From contig JBKPAK010000338.1 in NCBI GenBank assembly GCA_046726415.1, forward strand, positions 1 through 27,305: a stretch of 27,305 nucleotides of DNA, read 5' to 3'. The stretch's first letter is position 1. The number at the start of each line of letters is the position of its first letter. The notes beneath the pieces are model-generated. The model searched no databases. It was not told the origin of the DNA and worked only from the letters and a program-made list of their open reading frames with translations. The DNA comes from Candidatus Methylomirabilota bacterium. Lineage in GTDB: Bacteria > Methylomirabilota > Methylomirabilia > Rokubacteriales > CSP1-6. Positions 1-7,716 of this stretch are shown in pieces. The translations under genes were made by a program, and so were the position numbers.

Positions 1-199
1 GAATGGCTTTGATCGGGAAGCGTACGCTGGCGAGGATCCAGGCGGCGACGAATATGCCTTGTATTCGTGAGCTTGCCGTCCACTTTCGTCACGTTTAGCA
101 CTCGGCTGTTTAGACCGATTTTAGAAGGGAGCAGGCGCGCCACAATCACGTTATGTCCAGCTCCGAGTTCCATCCGCGTTCTTGAGGGGAGAGGACAGA

Positions 200-1735
200 A
201 TGCGACAATTATCATCCATTATGAGGTTCGTGGCCTCGGCCGTTCTGCTAACGGGGTACGTCGCGTTTGCTGGGGTGGCCTCGGCTCAGGATCCCGCCGT
301 CGGCCCGTCCGGACTGGCGCCGGCTGAAGCGGAGGCCTCGCAGGCACTCGATGTTCTACGGCTTCCATTAGAAGTGGTGTCCGGCGAGGTCTTGGGCGGT
401 ATCGACGTCGTCACCGGCACGCCCAACAACGAGCCGACGATCGCCGTCAACCCTCTCAATCTTCTGAACGTCGTCGCGGCCGGGCTCTTCGAGCTGCGCG
501 TGTCGACCGATGGTGGGGTGACTTTCTCCGCGCCGACACCCGCGCCGGTGCCGGTGGGCTCGTTCAGGTTCGGCGATCCCTCCTTGGCCTTCGACAGTCA
601 GGGACGTCTCTTCTGGACCTATCTCGGGGGCCCCAACAATACCAGGTTTGACGTCTTCATCTCGCAGGTTAACCCCTTGACCGGCGCGGTACTGGCCGGC
701 TATCCGGTGAACGTGACCGCCGGCGCCGGATTTCCCGGAAGCAGTGCCAACAACAATGATAAGGAATGGCTGGCCGCCGACCGCTTTGTCGGCAGCCCGT
801 TCCGAGACCGGCTCTATGTGGTCTGGACCAACTTTACGCCGGCGGGTACCGTGGTGCACACGACCTTCTCGACCGACCAGGGTCAGAACTGGTCACAGGC
901 CCTCACCCTCTCGGCGGCCGTGGAGGGCTTCGTCTGGCCGAGTCACAATGCCGTCGCCGCCAATGGCGACGTTTATATCGCCTACCACTCGCAGCCGACG
1001 TTCGTGCTGAACGCGCCGGACGGCACTAGCGGACAAGTCTTCGTCCTCCGCTCGACCGATGGTGGCCTTACCTACCCACAGAAGAATGCCGCCTTCGGCC
1101 CAGGCAACGCTGATATCACCTTCAACGTCCAGACGGCGGGGCGCACCCTGCCGCGGAGCGTTTCGTGGACCCAGGGTGCGGCCCAGGCTTGGGTTCTGCC
1201 CAACCCGCTCAATGTTAATGAGGTCTTCGTCGTCGCCGGCGACGACCCGACCAATACGAACCACGGCACCGGGTTCGATGACACCGCGATCTACATCGTC
1301 CGTTCCCGAAATCAAGGCCTGAACTGGACGGCGCCCGTCCAGATTGATCGTGGGCCGGCGCAATCCATTCAGTTTTTCCCGACGGCAACGATCGATGACG
1401 TCACGGGGTGTATCGTCGTCACTTGGTATGATTCGCGGGACGGGGCGACGAACGCCAACGGCAACTTCCTGCTGGATCTCTTTATGACCAGCAGTTCCAA
1501 CGGAGGGCTGACCTTTGCGCCCGAAGTGCAGGTCAACGATACTGCTTTCGATCCGGACCTCGGCGCGCCGCAGCGGTTCGTGGGACCGCCCCCGACCCTA
1601 CGGATCGGCGAGTATAACGGGGTCGCGGTCGACGACTTCCTGGCCCATGCGGTGTGGACCGGCAACTCGGCTACCGCCCAACGGATCCTCTACGACAACA
1701 GGGGAGTGTGCGTACGCAGGGATGATGGCAGCTGA
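200..1735 (+). CDS. Secreted Asp-box (BNR-repeat) beta-propeller protein, sialidase/exo-alpha-sialidase-like family
   Basis: ATG at 200 follows a purine-rich RBS (GGGGAGAGGA). N-terminal signal peptide ends around VASA/Q. Five Asp-box motifs S-x-[DN]-x-G-x-[TN]-[FWY]: STDGGVTF, STDQGQNW, STDGGLTY, SRNQGLNW, SSNGGLTF. Also NEPTIAVNP, GDPSLAFD, NDKEWLAAD and a C-terminal IGEYNG, typical of this family. Confidence 0.85.
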   Translation: MRQLSSIMRFVASAVLLTGYVAFAGVASAQDPAVGPSGLAPAEAEASQALDVLRLPLEVVSGEVLGGIDVVTGTPNNEPTIAVNPLNLLNVVAAGLFELRVSTDGGVTFSAPTPAPVPVGSFRFGDPSLAFDSQGRLFWTYLGGPNNTRFDVFISQVNPLTGAVLAGYPVNVTAGAGFPGSSANNNDKEWLAADRFVGSPFRDRLYVVWTNFTPAGTVVHTTFSTDQGQNWSQALTLSAAVEGFVWPSHNAVAANGDVYIAYHSQPTFVLNAPDGTSGQVFVLRSTDGGLTYPQKNAAFGPGNADITFNVQTAGRTLPRSVSWTQGAAQAWVLPNPLNVNEVFVVAGDDPTNTNHGTGFDDTAIYIVRSRNQGLNWTAPVQIDRGPAQSIQFFPTATIDDVTGCIVVTWYDSRDGATNANGNFLLDLFMTSSSNGGLTFAPEVQVNDTAFDPDLGAPQRFVGPPPTLRIGEYNGVAVDDFLAHAVWTGNSATAQRILYDNRGVCVRRDDGS

Positions 1736-1918
1736 AACCCCGGCGAACCTCGCGACAAGCGCGTCGTCTCGCTTGCCGATCAGTTCGATGACCCGGGCCA
1801 GGCATATCTGTTCAAGGCTGAAGGGGTCGAGTTCCTCGGAAAGCCGGTCGACAAGAACAAGGAGGGGATCGCCGATCCGAACACTCCCCTGGTCTACCAG
1901 ATCGAGCGGGCCAACTAG
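1736..1918 (+). pseudogene. Start-less 60-codon frame continuing in frame after the TGA of the Asp-box gene; probable decayed extracellular repeat domain
   Basis: Reads NPGEPRDKRVVSLADQFDDPGQAYLFKAEGVEFLGKPVDKNKEGIADPNTPLVYQIERAN* with coding-like, GC3-rich codons. It resembles, from memory, a repeat of the form V-x-L-x-DQF...LCNPVDKNxEGIxDPxxHLxCYxI seen in secreted proteins. Confidence 0.45.
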
Positions 1919-2010
1919 AGGAGGAGGATGAAGGAGGGGTTTAAGGCGTCATCACACGGCGGCGTTCAAGGTCCACGCTTCGCGGCTGCCGATGGCGGCG
2001 GATGTGTATC

Positions 2011-2113
2011 CGTCAGGCGCTCCGGCGCCCCTGCTTCACAAGCATCAAGCCACCTTAGGAGACACCTCGACACCTTCATCGCCTCCTACAATCGAAGTGT
2101 TGCTAAAATCTGA
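2011..2113 (+). mobile_element. Degenerate IS630-family transposase C-terminal remnant
   Basis: Reads RQALRRPCFTSIK, then after a one-base shift near 2050 HLRRHLDTFIASYNRS. This matches the IS630 C-terminal pattern RQALxGxSFxSxxxLxxxIDxFIxxYN. Confidence 0.45.
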
Positions 2114-2277
2114 CGAATATTGTTCATGAACGATCAACTGGAGGGACTACGTGCCGCACTTTTTTGAAACGCCTATAAGCGGAATGACCCCACTCAGGCG
2201 CGGCTGGGTCCGAGGGCATCTCCCACCTCGCACCCGCCCCGAATCTGTGGCGTTTTCAGCCGAGCTGTTGCAGCGTC

Positions 2278-2676
2278 GTGGCTTGGCTCTCGATTAGCCT
2301 TCTCGTCCTTGCGATGGTTGCGACTGGGGCGAGTGGCGGCGAGCCGCGCGACGCCCTGCCGACCTACGATCTCGTCGTCCTCGGCAGGATCGACGCGTGC
2401 TGGGTGTGTCAATTCGGGCCCTCGCCGCAGGTAGCCTACAGGCGAGTGCTTGCGGGGAGCCCGCCGCAAGGCAAGTCCGAGGGAGTCCTGCTGCTCGCCG
2501 CCGTGGCCCAAAAGCTCCTGCCGGAAAGCGGCATACCGATGTACCGCAGCCGCCAAGAGGAGATCTGCATTCTCGAGAGGGTCCTCGTCCCAGGCTACGA
2601 GTCGGCGGCGGTTTACCGGGTGATCGACGCAATGGAGGCGACTCCCGACAATCTGGCGCGCTTTCGCTCTGAGTGA
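2278..2676 (+). CDS. Small secreted hypothetical protein with a CxxC (CWVC) motif
   Basis: 132-aa ORF with GTG start, hydrophobic signal peptide (WLSISLLVLAMVATGASG) and normal coding composition. Start position is uncertain. Confidence 0.6.
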   Translation: MAWLSISLLVLAMVATGASGGEPRDALPTYDLVVLGRIDACWVCQFGPSPQVAYRRVLAGSPPQGKSEGVLLLAAVAQKLLPESGIPMYRSRQEEICILERVLVPGYESAAVYRVIDAMEATPDNLARFRSE

Positions 2677-2680
2677 CGGC

Positions 2681-3110
2681 GTATCAATACTTGGCCGGTT
2701 TGAACGTCCGATAGGGCGCCGCCGCATCTGCTGCCCGGGACGAGTCGAGACCGCATGCAGCCGTTCCTGCGGGACAAGCGGCGGTTCGGCCGCGACGGCT
2801 TCGAGGCGTGGGAGCGCGCCTGGTATGGCGTGCCGTGGACCTGGGCGGGGCAGATCGTCCACATCGCCGCCAGCGACAGCACCGTCGAGATCTGGAATGG
2901 GCCCGAGAGCCTCGCCGTCCAACCGCGCGCAACCCGCCCCGCCCAACGCCTGCCGCTGCCTCGGCAATGGGCTGGCTTGCCGCAGTCGGATGACCGACGC
3001 CGGCGCGAACCTCGGGCGCCAGCGAGCCCTTGTCGAGGTCGAGATCCGCCCGCTGACGGCCTATGACGTCCTCCTGGGCGGTGGGCCGATGATTGCCGCC
3101 AGCCAGGGCT
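2681..3110 (+). mobile_element. istA: IS21-family insertion sequence remnant (3' part of istA plus first codons of istB)
   Basis: 2755-3020 encodes RRFGRDG..WERAWYGVPW.WAGQIVHI..SDSTVEIW....LAV.PRA..P.QR..LP.QWAGL, like the IstA C-terminal Mu-transposase-type domain. After a frameshift comes VEVEIRPLTAYDVLLGGG, a typical IstA end. An ATG at 3089 (MIAASQ) could be the istB start. A possible terminal-repeat-like TGGCCGGTTT lies near 2692. Confidence 0.65.
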
Positions 3111-3173
3111 GGGAAATGAAAACTGCCCGAAGTTCATGATTTACCGGGCGGTTCTGGGCCTCAGCGGAGGGCC

Positions 3174-3788
3174 TCAAATGCCAAGGGCGAATCCTGCCAG
3201 GCTTCGGACAGTCACGGCCTCGCCGAGATGCATCGCGTTGTGCCGGATCGCGGAACCCGCGAGTTGGGCGGCCCGCGAATGGCCCTGCCAGGGCTTGTAG
3301 CCCACGCCGTGCACCCACGCCGTATTCGGCGCAAATGCCCCGGCGGAAGCGGCGCGGGCGGTGTCGGTGAACCCGACGATCTCGTTCCACTCCTCTGGTC
3401 GGAGCGCTCGGACCACATCCTGCGTTCGCCGTCCCACTGCAGCGCGATACGCTCGCACCGCGTCGACATCGGCGCGTGCCGTCAGATCGCCGACGTCGGC
3501 GTCGGTCATCCCCGTCCCGATGGTGCGCCAGGGCACGTTCATGCGCCGGGTCCAGTCGTCGTCCAGAACCTGCCGACCGTCCGAGACGACGATATTGACG
3601 GCGACGTCCTCGGTCCTGGCCATGTGCCACAGAAGCCAGATCAGCGAGTTGAGGCCGTTACCCGGACGCGCTCGCATCTGGTCGTCGGTCAACCCGGCGA
3701 AGACACGGTCGGCATACGATGCTCCGGTGGCAACGTCGAGCGAGTGCAGCTGACCGTGCTGCACGAGAAAGAAGCTCAGGGTGTCCAT
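3174..3788 (-). CDS. DinB/YfiT-superfamily protein (putative metal-dependent thiol transferase/hydrolase)
   Basis: GGAGG RBS precedes ATG at 3788. Motifs NSLIWLLWHMARTED and C-terminal HNAMHLGE supply the DinB His triad. Confidence 0.85.
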   Translation of the reverse strand: MDTLSFFLVQHGQLHSLDVATGASYADRVFAGLTDDQMRARPGNGLNSLIWLLWHMARTEDVAVNIVVSDGRQVLDDDWTRRMNVPWRTIGTGMTDADVGDLTARADVDAVRAYRAAVGRRTQDVVRALRPEEWNEIVGFTDTARAASAGAFAPNTAWVHGVGYKPWQGHSRAAQLAGSAIRHNAMHLGEAVTVRSLAGFALGI

Positions 3789-3881
3789 GTCGTCCTCCGA
3801 CGGCCCGCGCTCCGCTCGCCGTCGCTCCACGGGCGAAATCACGGTCTCAATCCGTCATGGTTCCTTCGACAGGAGGCCTTG

Positions 3882-3944
3882 ATGAAAGACCATCTGCCCG
3901 CCCGGCCATCAGCTTTCAGATTGAGCTTCGGAGCAACCCTGTGA
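3882..3944 (+). CDS. 20-codon ORF (MKDHLPARPSAFRLSFGATL) in the antitoxin position, translationally coupled to vapC
   Basis: Perfect AGGAGG at 3871-3876, ATG at 3882, and its TGA (3942-3944) overlaps the vapC GTG (3941) as GTGA. Confidence 0.4.
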   Translation: MKDHLPARPSAFRLSFGATL

Positions 3945-4354
3945 GGTTCCTTGTCGACGCCAATATCCTGCGCGAGCCTACGAAGCAGGCCCCGGCTGTC
4001 GCCGTGGTCGCGTGGTTGCGGACGAATGAGCGAGACCTGGCCGTCAATCCCATCATTCTCGGCGAGCTGGAGTACGGCATCCTCCTCCTGCCCCAGGGCC
4101 GCCGGCGGGCAAGACTGGAGCGGTGGTTCGCGCAGGGTCTCGAGCGACTGCGTATTCTCGACTTCGGTGCGGCCACCGCGTCCGCGTGGGCTCGATTGCT
4201 CGCGCGCCTGAAGAAGAGGGGGCCTGGCCATGCCCATCAAAGATAGCCTCATCGCGGCGACGGCGCTCGAGCATGGACTTGTCGTGGTCACTCGGAACGT
4301 CGCCGATTTCCGAGTGGCTGGCGTTCCCCCCTGGTGAATCCCTTCGAAAGGTGA
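3941..4354 (+). pseudogene. vapC: PIN-domain VapC toxin with two frameshifts
   Basis: MRFLVDANILREPTK...GELEYGI...KKRG, then shift at G5 (4218-4222) to LAMPIKDSLIAATALEHGLVVVTRNVADF, then shift at C6 (4326-4331) to LVNPFER*. All PIN acidic motifs are present when the frames are joined. Confidence 0.85.
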
Positions 4355-4411
4355 GGGTGATGCTCGGGTACTCGACTGGCTAAATACGCCGTCGAGCACG
4401 AGCGCGCGCTG

Positions 4412-6748
4412 TTACCGGGCAGGCCGAGGCTGCGCTGGCGCGGCACCACGCCTCCGGATGGCGCGCCAGATCTTCTCGGCGGTGAGCGGCATGTCGACGT
4501 GGCCGATGCCGAATGGCGAGAGCGCGTCCACCAGGGCGTTCACGATCGCGGGAGGCGCCACGCAGGCGCTGCCTTCGCCGACACCTTTCACTCCCAGCGG
4601 GTTGAGGGGAGTGGGCGTCACGGTGCGATCGACCACCAGCTCTGGCATGTCGTCGGCCCGCGGGATCGCATATTCCATGAGCGTTCCCGTGAGAAGCTGA
4701 CCGTCCTCGCGGTACACGATGCGCTCCAGTAGGGTCTGACCGAGGCCCTGAGCGAAGCCGCCGACGATCTGTCCCTCGATGAGCAGGGGATTGATCGCGG
4801 TGCCGCAGTCGTCGACCGCGATGAATCGCTCGAGGCGCACCTGGCCGGTGTCTCGGTCCACTCGAACGACGGCCATGCCGGCCCCAAAACTCCAGGACGG
4901 GTGATCCTGGCGGAAGAACACCGTCGCTTCGAGCCCGGGCGTCTCCTGGGGAGGTAGTCCCATCCCGCGGTGCGCAAATTCACCGATCCGATCCCACCCG
5001 GCGATCCTCTCAGGCATTCCCTTGACCTGAAAGCCACCGGACACGAGCTGGAGGTCCTCCGGGCTGGCCTCCAGGAGCCGGGCCGCGAGCCGGCGGCCCT
5101 TCTCCCTGATCTCCACGGCTGCCTGAGCCAGCGCGCTCCCGCCGAGGCCCGCGCTGCGGCTGCCGAACGTTCCGATCGCCTGGGGTGCGCCCAAGGTGTC
5201 GCCGTGGCGGATGATCACATCCTCGTAGACCACGCCGAGCTGGTCAGCGATGATCTGGGCGAAGGTCGTCTCGTGCCCCTGTCCGTGCGGGCTCGATCCG
5301 GTGACGGCGGTGACCTTGCCGCTCCGCTCCACTCGCACGACCCCGCTCTCCCAGCCCAACACGTTCGTGGATTCGACGTAGGCCGCAACGCCGATCCCCA
5401 TGATGTCCCCCCGGCTGCGCGCCGCGGCCTGCTCTCGACGTAGCCCTTGATAGTCCGCGAGCTCCACCACGCGATCGAGTGCTCGAGCGTAGCTCCCGGA
5501 GTCGTAGGCGACGCCGAACGGCGTCCGGTGGGGGAACGCCTCGGGGGGGACGAAGTTGCGCCGGCGAATCTCCACGGGATCGAGGGCGGTGGCCCGGGCC
5601 GCTTCGTCCATGAGGCGCTCAGTGAGGTAGACGCCGACGGGCCGTCCCGATCCCCGATAGGGACCAGTCGGCGCGGTGTTCGTGTAGACGCCGACGCTCA
5701 GGAGCTCGGCGTTCTGGATCCGATAGGGACCAAAAATGTGAGTCGAATGGGACATCGGGGGCACGAGGGACAGGGAGAGCAGATGGGCCCCCAGATCGAA
5801 GACGGCCTTTGCTCGGAGACCGATGACCTCTCCATCGGCGGTCACCGCAGCTTCGGCTTCCGAGACGGCCGCACGCGCCTGGATCGTGGTGAGCAAGTCC
5901 TCGGTACGCGTGGACATCCATCGAATGGGCCGGCCGAGCTGACGTGAGAGCGTGGCCGCGACGACCTCCTCACGGTAGAGCGGCCCCTTCACCCCGAAGC
6001 CGCCGCCGACATCCGGCGCGATCACGCGCAGCTTGTGCTCTGGGAAGCCGAGAACCACGGCGAGGTCGGCGCGCGATAGAAAGGGGTTCTGGGTCGTCAG
6101 CCATACGGTCAGCTCGCCACTCCCGGGGTCGTACCGCGCGAGCACCCCCCGGGGCTCCATCGGCGCTCCGGCCAGCCGATTGTGATCGAGGCGCACCTTC
6201 ACGATGTGGGTGGCCCTCCCGAAGGCCCCATCGACGTCGCCGCCCTTCAGCAGCCAGCTGAAGGCTTGGTTAGTACCGAGCTCAGCGTGGGCGAGGGGAG
6301 CCCCGGGTTCGAGACTACGTGCTGGATCGGCGACGGGGGCAAGTGGCTCGTACTCGACCTCGACCAGCTCGGCCGCATCGCGTGCCAGCGCCGCGCTCTC
6401 CGCGACGACCGCGGCGACCGGCACACCGGTCGAGTCGACGATGGCGCCGGCCAGGTACGGACAGAGGGCTTGCTTCAGCCCTGGGAGCGTCGCCATGAAA
6501 GGAAGGGATCCCAACGAGCCAAGATCCTTGGCCGTCACGACGCAAACCGCGCCCGGCGCCCCTCGAGCCGCGTCGGTCCGCAGCGCGGTTACCTTGGCGT
6601 GGGCGTGTGGGCTCCGGACAAAGGCCAGGTGCGCCAAACCTGGGAGAGCGATGTCCTCGACGTATTGCCCGCGACCCGTGATGAGCTTCGGATCCTCCGT
6701 CCGCTTGAGCGGCCGGCCGACATAGTGCTCCCTGTCGGTCTCGCTCAT
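4412..6748 (-). CDS. Xanthine dehydrogenase family molybdopterin-binding large subunit (CoxL/CutL-like, not form I CODH)
   Basis: 778 aa. Motifs R.ED.KLITGRG.Y.ED, DVGGGFGVK, PYRGSGRP, HGQGHETTFAQI, GTFGSRS, GQIVGGFAQGLG and KGVGE. Confidence 0.93.
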   Translation of the reverse strand: MSETDREHYVGRPLKRTEDPKLITGRGQYVEDIALPGLAHLAFVRSPHAHAKVTALRTDAARGAPGAVCVVTAKDLGSLGSLPFMATLPGLKQALCPYLAGAIVDSTGVPVAAVVAESAALARDAAELVEVEYEPLAPVADPARSLEPGAPLAHAELGTNQAFSWLLKGGDVDGAFGRATHIVKVRLDHNRLAGAPMEPRGVLARYDPGSGELTVWLTTQNPFLSRADLAVVLGFPEHKLRVIAPDVGGGFGVKGPLYREEVVAATLSRQLGRPIRWMSTRTEDLLTTIQARAAVSEAEAAVTADGEVIGLRAKAVFDLGAHLLSLSLVPPMSHSTHIFGPYRIQNAELLSVGVYTNTAPTGPYRGSGRPVGVYLTERLMDEAARATALDPVEIRRRNFVPPEAFPHRTPFGVAYDSGSYARALDRVVELADYQGLRREQAAARSRGDIMGIGVAAYVESTNVLGWESGVVRVERSGKVTAVTGSSPHGQGHETTFAQIIADQLGVVYEDVIIRHGDTLGAPQAIGTFGSRSAGLGGSALAQAAVEIREKGRRLAARLLEASPEDLQLVSGGFQVKGMPERIAGWDRIGEFAHRGMGLPPQETPGLEATVFFRQDHPSWSFGAGMAVVRVDRDTGQVRLERFIAVDDCGTAINPLLIEGQIVGGFAQGLGQTLLERIVYREDGQLLTGTLMEYAIPRADDMPELVVDRTVTPTPLNPLGVKGVGEGSACVAPPAIVNALVDALSPFGIGHVDMPLTAEKIWRAIRRRGAAPAQPRPAR

Positions 6749-7073
6749 CGGCTCATCCGGCCTGTGGGTGGCTCAAATTCGCCGATGCCCTCAGGAGAAC
6801 GGAGGGGTTGGTGTCGGGGGCCGGTCATCATCGTCGTGCTCCGCGATCTCACCGAAGGCCAGACGATACCACAGCCTGTCGGATGCGGCCGGCACCCAAG
6901 ACAGCCCAGCCCGAAAGCAGCTGAGCAAGAGCATCTTCGCAGCGACCGCGTTCTCGCCGAAGCGCACGGTGGGGAGTCACCCCAGCTCGCCGCTCGGCGC
7001 GCAATCGCGGCGGACGGTTCTCGCGGGGGTAAGGGTCAGCACGCCGCGCTCGGTCGTGGAGCGCGGCGCACAC

Positions 7074-7096
7074 CGGGCCGGGCGTTGGCCGGCCCG
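7074..7096 (-). terminator. GC-rich hairpin 13 nt downstream of the DUF1344-like gene; possible terminator or mRNA stabiliser
   Basis: CGGGCCGG-N7-CCGGCCCG perfect 8-bp stem. No U-tract follows. Confidence 0.3.
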
Positions 7097-7109
7097 CGAA
7101 TCGCGAAGA

Positions 7110-7436
7110 TCAGTCCGTGGACTGGACGCTCTGGTGGTCGAAGGGCGATGCAGAGCTGCCGAGGTTGGTCGTCTCGGTGCCGTCGGCGACGGCGCGGAGC
7201 TCCAGCTCCGTAACGACCTTCTTGCCATCCTTCGTCGAGTACGTCGCCAGTATCTTCTCGCCTTCTCGCAGATCGGCGAGCCGGCCCTCGTCGATCCAGA
7301 GCCTCGTGCCGTCTTCCAGGACGAACGCGTGGTCAGCGACGTCGATCGTCTTGATCTTGCCGATCGCTTGCTCGGCCGACGCGGCGAGGGGCAGCGCGAG
7401 CACCATGGCCAGCGTGAATCCCAGGAGCTTCCTCAT
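7110..7436 (-). CDS. Small secreted DUF1344-like (OB-fold-type) protein, paralog A
   Basis: GGAGGT RBS precedes ATG at 7436. Signal peptide ends ASA/E. Core G.IK.ID.....VLEDGT.L......L..L.EG.KI...Y..KDGK.VVT. Carries an extra ~28-aa acidic/Ser-rich tail. Confidence 0.8.
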   Translation of the reverse strand: MRKLLGFTLAMVLALPLAASAEQAIGKIKTIDVADHAFVLEDGTRLWIDEGRLADLREGEKILATYSTKDGKKVVTELELRAVADGTETTNLGSSASPFDHQSVQSTD

Positions 7437-7473
7437 GACCGTGCACCTCCCTTGTTTTGGTGGAACGGTACCG

Positions 7474-7488
7474 GCAAGTTCTGTGCCG
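7474..7488 (-). promoter_or_regulatory. Sigma54 (-24/-12) promoter for paralog A
   Basis: Minus strand reads CGGCAC-AGAAC-TTGC, with exact GG-N10-GC spacing, about 38 nt upstream of the ATG. Confidence 0.75.
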
Positions 7489-7518
7489 AGGGCGGGTTCG
7501 CAGAGAACTGGGCTTTGC

Positions 7519-7585
7519 GTGGCGTTTGCGACCCATCCCTCACGTGGAGGACGGGGCGTTTGGTCACAGTGTGGCGATCTGGTGC
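7519..7585. promoter_or_regulatory. Candidate enhancer (UAS) sites between the two divergent sigma54 promoters
   Basis: GGCGTTTG occurs at 7521 and 7555, and a related GTGGCGATCTGG at 7571. The copies form imperfect dyads (GTGGCGTTTGCGAC; GGGGCGTTTGGTCAC). Confidence 0.35.
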
Positions 7586-7657
7586 GGGCGCCGCCGTCGA
7601 CCACTCGCGGTTTCCTCGGAATGACGCGCGCTTCTGCGCCACCTGCCTGAAGCGCCC

Positions 7658-7672
7658 TGGCACCGAGGTTGC
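7658..7672 (+). promoter_or_regulatory. Sigma54 (-24/-12) promoter for paralog B
   Basis: TGGCAC-CGAGG-TTGC is an exact match to TGGCAC-N5-TTGC, about 45 nt upstream of the ATG at 7717. Confidence 0.8.
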
Positions 7673-7716
7673 GTCTTCACGAGCTGAATTCACGCATGTG
7701 CACCATGGAGGCTGCC

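Noticed and set aside
2..70. Open frame NGFDREAYAGEDPGGDEYALYS* at the window edge
   Set aside because: Could be the 3' end of an upstream gene, but it is too short to support.
95..121. TTAGCACTC, a perfect left half of a CIRCE element
   Set aside because: The right arm after N9 (GACCGATTT) matches GAGTGCTAA at only 4 of 9 positions, and the downstream gene is not a chaperone.
1928..2113. 61-aa ORF with a GGAGG RBS treated as a real gene
   Set aside because: Its C-terminal part is better explained as IS630 debris, and the N-terminal part shows no recognisable features.
4412..6748. Aerobic CO dehydrogenase (form I coxL)
   Set aside because: Lacks the AYxCSFR motif and has no adjacent coxM, coxS or coxDEF.
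6749..7109. ORFs across the 360-bp gap upstream of the molybdoprotein gene (e.g. 6768-7787 +, 6849-7073 -, 6182-7213 +)
   Set aside because: Arg/Pro/Ser-rich low-information translations with no RBS or motif, overlapping better-supported genes.
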